Part shown: one piece after another, positions 61,115 to 64,000 of the stretch
Position numbering within the stretch: position 1 is the first letter of the stretch
Layout: the number at the start of each line of letters is the position of its first letter
DNA from: Acidobacteriota bacterium
Lineage (GTDB): Bacteria; Acidobacteriota; UBA890; WLXD01
Assembly: GCA_965205505.1 (NCBI GenBank)
Contig: CBDBHB010000009.1
Span: 2,368,001 to 2,432,000 of the forward strand
DNA length: 64,000 nt
Reading direction: 5' to 3'
Position numbers and translations under genes: made by a program
The notes under the pieces: model-generated
Database searches by the model: none
The model's input: only the letters and a program-made list of their open reading frames with translations
Told to the model about the DNA's origin: nothing

Positions 61115-63943
61115 CTAGTAGACGTACTTGAAGCCGAGCTGTAACTGGCGGACGTTGCCGATGAACGTGTTCAGGTCGCCGAAACGCGAGTTGAAATCTC
61201 TCCGGGTAGTGAACAGGTTCTTGGAGTTGAAGAGGTTGAACACCTCGAGGAAGGCTTGGAAGCGACCAACGCCCGTAGTGAACTCCTTCGTCAACCGGAT
61301 GTCGACGTTCTTGAAGTCCGGTTGGCGGAACGAGTTGCGCTCGGTGATTTGCCCGCCGATCACGACACGATCGTTGCCGTCGTCGTCATCGCCGTTGAGG
61401 TCGTCAGTGGAGAGCGCCGAGTACGGGGTGCCCGTACGCCACACGAAGGTACCTGCCAGCTTGAGGCCGGCCGGCAAGTCTCCGAACGCGCTGATCACGA
61501 TGCGGTGACGGATCGAGCGGTTCGAGAATCCCCAGTCGTCGTTCAGGTCGAAGATATTACTTGCCTGTGTCCCACCTGCCGTCCGCTCGTTAGAGTCGTT
61601 GTCCTTGTCCCAGCCGGCCGTATAAGAGCCGAAGGCGCCCCAGCCGTTGCTAAAGCGCTTCTTGAACTCGAAGATGCCGGCCGTGTAGCGTGAGGTACCC
61701 TGGGATCGGTCGATCTTCCAGATCTGTCCGTCGACGATCCGGCCATCGTAGATGAAGCGGCCGTCCGCGTCGCGGCCGACGCCGACCAGGTTCTCGTCGT
61801 GCAGCGTCTGCAGCGTGTCGGAGCGAGCGTGGATCAGCGATACACCGAGCGACAGGTTGTCGATCACCTCGCGCTCGGCGCCGACGTTGAAGCGCCAGGT
61901 GCGCGGGTTGACGAAGTTATCGCCGAACCAGTACACTTCCTGGTCGGCCGTGATCCCTTCCGGTAGCGAATCGAAGACGCTTGGCCAGATGCCGTCCAGC
62001 TCGCCGCCGAAGCCCGGGATGAAGAAGACCCCCACGCCAGGTGTGCCGATCGACGTGAAGGGGTTGAAGAACAAGAGTGTCGGGGTGCGCGACACGAAGC
62101 GGCCCGCCGAGGCACGGAAGACCGTCCTTGGGTCCGGGGCATAGGCGATCCCGGCGCGCGGCTGCCAGCCACTCATATCGTCCGGGATCGACTGGGTCCC
62201 CGGGAAGGCCGCGTTGCCAGGCGGGTTGGGGTTCATCGTCCCCTCCCACCGCAGGCCGTAGTTGATCGTGATCGTGTTGCTGGCGCGCCAGGAGTCCTGC
62301 GCGTAGAACGCCAGGATCGATTGGCGGGTGTCGAAGTTGGGCGAGAAGTCCGACGTTGCGACGCCGAAGCTCAGCAGCAGGTAGTCCGGTTCGTTGGCGA
62401 GGAATTCATCCTGACTACTGAACCGGTACTCACCGGCCGGGAAGGCGGCGAAGAACTCGCTCGTCTTGTCGGTCTCGAAGTCGGCGCCGATCTTGATGTC
62501 GTGATCGTCGAACAGGTACGAGAAGTTGTCCTGCACCTGAAACTTCTTCTCGTCGACGAGGATCGGCATGAAGAACCGGCGACCCAGCTGGACAGACGGG
62601 TTGCGGAGATCCGTGTCCGGACCATCCAGGTCGTTCGACAGCCGGTCGAGATCGTCGTATGCGTACTGTACACGGAGCTCGTTGAACGCCCGGTCTCCCA
62701 GCACCGAGGTAATCTGGGCGATCGCCGACAGAGTCTTCTCCTTCTGGTCACCTAGGCTCGAGTTCGACGCCGTGGTCGTGCCCTGCAGGTTGGTGTCGGT
62801 GCCGCCACCAATCGTCTCGTGCTTCGAGTAGTTCAGTCGCAGTGTCAGCTGGGTGTTGTCGCTGATCGTGAAGTCGGTCTTCAGGAACGGCACCACGACA
62901 TCGTTCGTGCGGCTGAACTGCGACTGCGAGATGTCCCAGTTGGGACGAAACTGATTTACGTAGGCCTGCAGCTGTGCGAACTCCGCGTCGGAGATGTCGT
63001 AGTCGATGAAGTACGGCGTGCTGAAGCTCTGGAAGTCCACCGAGGCGAAGACGAAGTGCTCGTTGCGCTGCAGCGGACCGCCGAGGTTGCCGCCGAACTG
63101 CTTTACCGAGAACTCGGCCTGCTCGCGATCGAATGGGTCGTTTGCGGTGAGCGACTCGTCGCGCCAGAACAGGTGCGCGCCGCCGCGCCATTGGTTGGTG
63201 CCCGACTTCGTGACCACGTTTACCAGGCCACCGCCAGAGCGGCCGAACTCCGGCATGATGCCGGAGGTGATCACCTGGAACTCCTGCACCGACTCCTGGC
63301 TCACCGTGAACGGCGAGTCGGTGCCGCCGCGCTGGTAGCCGAAGAACGCGCTGTTGTCGGAGGCGCCGTCGATGTTCACCGAGGTGTTCACGCCACGTTG
63401 GCCCGACAGCGAAATGGTGTTGCGCGATGACTCGATCTGGGCGCCGGGTGTCAACAGGGTGAAGTCGGTGAAGTTGCGACCCAGAATCGGCAGCGAGTCG
63501 ATGGCGATCTCGTCGATGCTTGTCGATACCTGCGTCTTCGAGGTCTCGATGACAGGTGCCTGGCCGGTGACGATCAGTACCTCCTGTATCGACGCCAGCG
63601 ACAGCTGGATGCCAACTTCCTGCGCTCCGCCCAGGCGGATGCGGATATCGGTCCGCTCGACCGGCTGGAATCCCGTCAGCTCGGCCCTGACCGAGTACAG
63701 CCCCGTCGGCAGGAGCGGCACGCGGTAGTTCCCCGTGATCGAGGTTACGGTGGTGCGAACACGGCCCGTGTCCTGCCCGGTCACGGTGATGCTGACGCCG
63801 GGAAGTGGGTTGCCATCAGGGTCGGTTACGACGCCCTGGAGGTTTCCTGACGTTGCCTGTGTTTGCGCCCATGCACTGGACGTAAACGACACTGCCAGAA
63901 GGATCGCCAAGGCGAAGATCAGCACTGAACGCGCTGGCTTCAC
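61115..63943 (-). CDS. TonB-dependent receptor, Oar-like, with carboxypeptidase-regulatory-like N-domain
   Basis: Signal peptide, G.VTDP.G..LPGV, ESVQEFQV, EFGRSGGG.VNVVTKSGTN, C-terminal RQLQLGFKYVY; GGGAGG before GTG 63943. Confidence 0.92.
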   Translation of the reverse strand: MKPARSVLIFALAILLAVSFTSSAWAQTQATSGNLQGVVTDPDGNPLPGVSITVTGQDTGRVRTTVTSITGNYRVPLLPTGLYSVRAELTGFQPVERTDIRIRLGGAQEVGIQLSLASIQEVLIVTGQAPVIETSKTQVSTSIDEIAIDSLPILGRNFTDFTLLTPGAQIESSRNTISLSGQRGVNTSVNIDGASDNSAFFGYQRGGTDSPFTVSQESVQEFQVITSGIMPEFGRSGGGLVNVVTKSGTNQWRGGAHLFWRDESLTANDPFDREQAEFSVKQFGGNLGGPLQRNEHFVFASVDFQSFSTPYFIDYDISDAEFAQLQAYVNQFRPNWDISQSQFSRTNDVVVPFLKTDFTISDNTQLTLRLNYSKHETIGGGTDTNLQGTTTASNSSLGDQKEKTLSAIAQITSVLGDRAFNELRVQYAYDDLDRLSNDLDGPDTDLRNPSVQLGRRFFMPILVDEKKFQVQDNFSYLFDDHDIKIGADFETDKTSEFFAAFPAGEYRFSSQDEFLANEPDYLLLSFGVATSDFSPNFDTRQSILAFYAQDSWRASNTITINYGLRWEGTMNPNPPGNAAFPGTQSIPDDMSGWQPRAGIAYAPDPRTVFRASAGRFVSRTPTLLFFNPFTSIGTPGVGVFFIPGFGGELDGIWPSVFDSLPEGITADQEVYWFGDNFVNPRTWRFNVGAEREVIDNLSLGVSLIHARSDTLQTLHDENLVGVGRDADGRFIYDGRIVDGQIWKIDRSQGTSRYTAGIFEFKKRFSNGWGAFGSYTAGWDKDNDSNERTAGGTQASNIFDLNDDWGFSNRSIRHRIVISAFGDLPAGLKLAGTFVWRTGTPYSALSTDDLNGDDDDGNDRVVIGGQITERNSFRQPDFKNVDIRLTKEFTTGVGRFQAFLEVFNLFNSKNLFTTRRDFNSRFGDLNTFIGNVRQLQLGFKYVY

Positions 63944-64000
63944 ATCTGCCTCCCATTCGGAAGAGTGGCGAACGCGCAAGCGCTCACCTGATCGCGTTGC

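Overview
GC-rich bacterial chromosomal window. The gene content (GWxTD protein, Oar-type TonB receptor, LptD, DUF1553/DUF1501) suggests an Acidobacteriota-like diderm; this is an inference. Order: (1-3831) a DUF1553 / DUF1501 / cytochrome c-LRR operon in which every gene is interrupted; (3886-8893) two tandem paralogous PA/M28-like lipoproteins plus an exported amidohydrolase; a Zn-ribbon protein and RNase HI; a dcw cluster on the minus strand (mraZ to ftsZ, no ddl) followed by a radical SAM gene and pgeF; htpX, two GDP-sugar SDR genes, lptD, folC, accD; mtnA-tsaD-lepB; yggS-yggT; an ECF sigma / anti-sigma / membrane-protein trio; NFACT, a lytic transglycosylase, gap-pgk-tpiA-secG-tRNA-Leu; ccdA-xdhC-mocA; and a minus-strand TonB receptor, TPR, GWxTD, deoC, YggX-like run. 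The most notable non-genic signals are (i) a family of CTAG-bounded palindromic miniature elements often sitting on stop codons, with one intact copy carrying 34-bp perfect inverted ends between mtnA and tsaD; (ii) a 180-nt rod-shaped, 6S-like RNA candidate between tpiA and secG; (iii) a 124-nt hairpin between rsmH and ftsL; and (iv) an SDR gene with no canonical start codon. All family calls come from motif recognition by eye, not from database searches.
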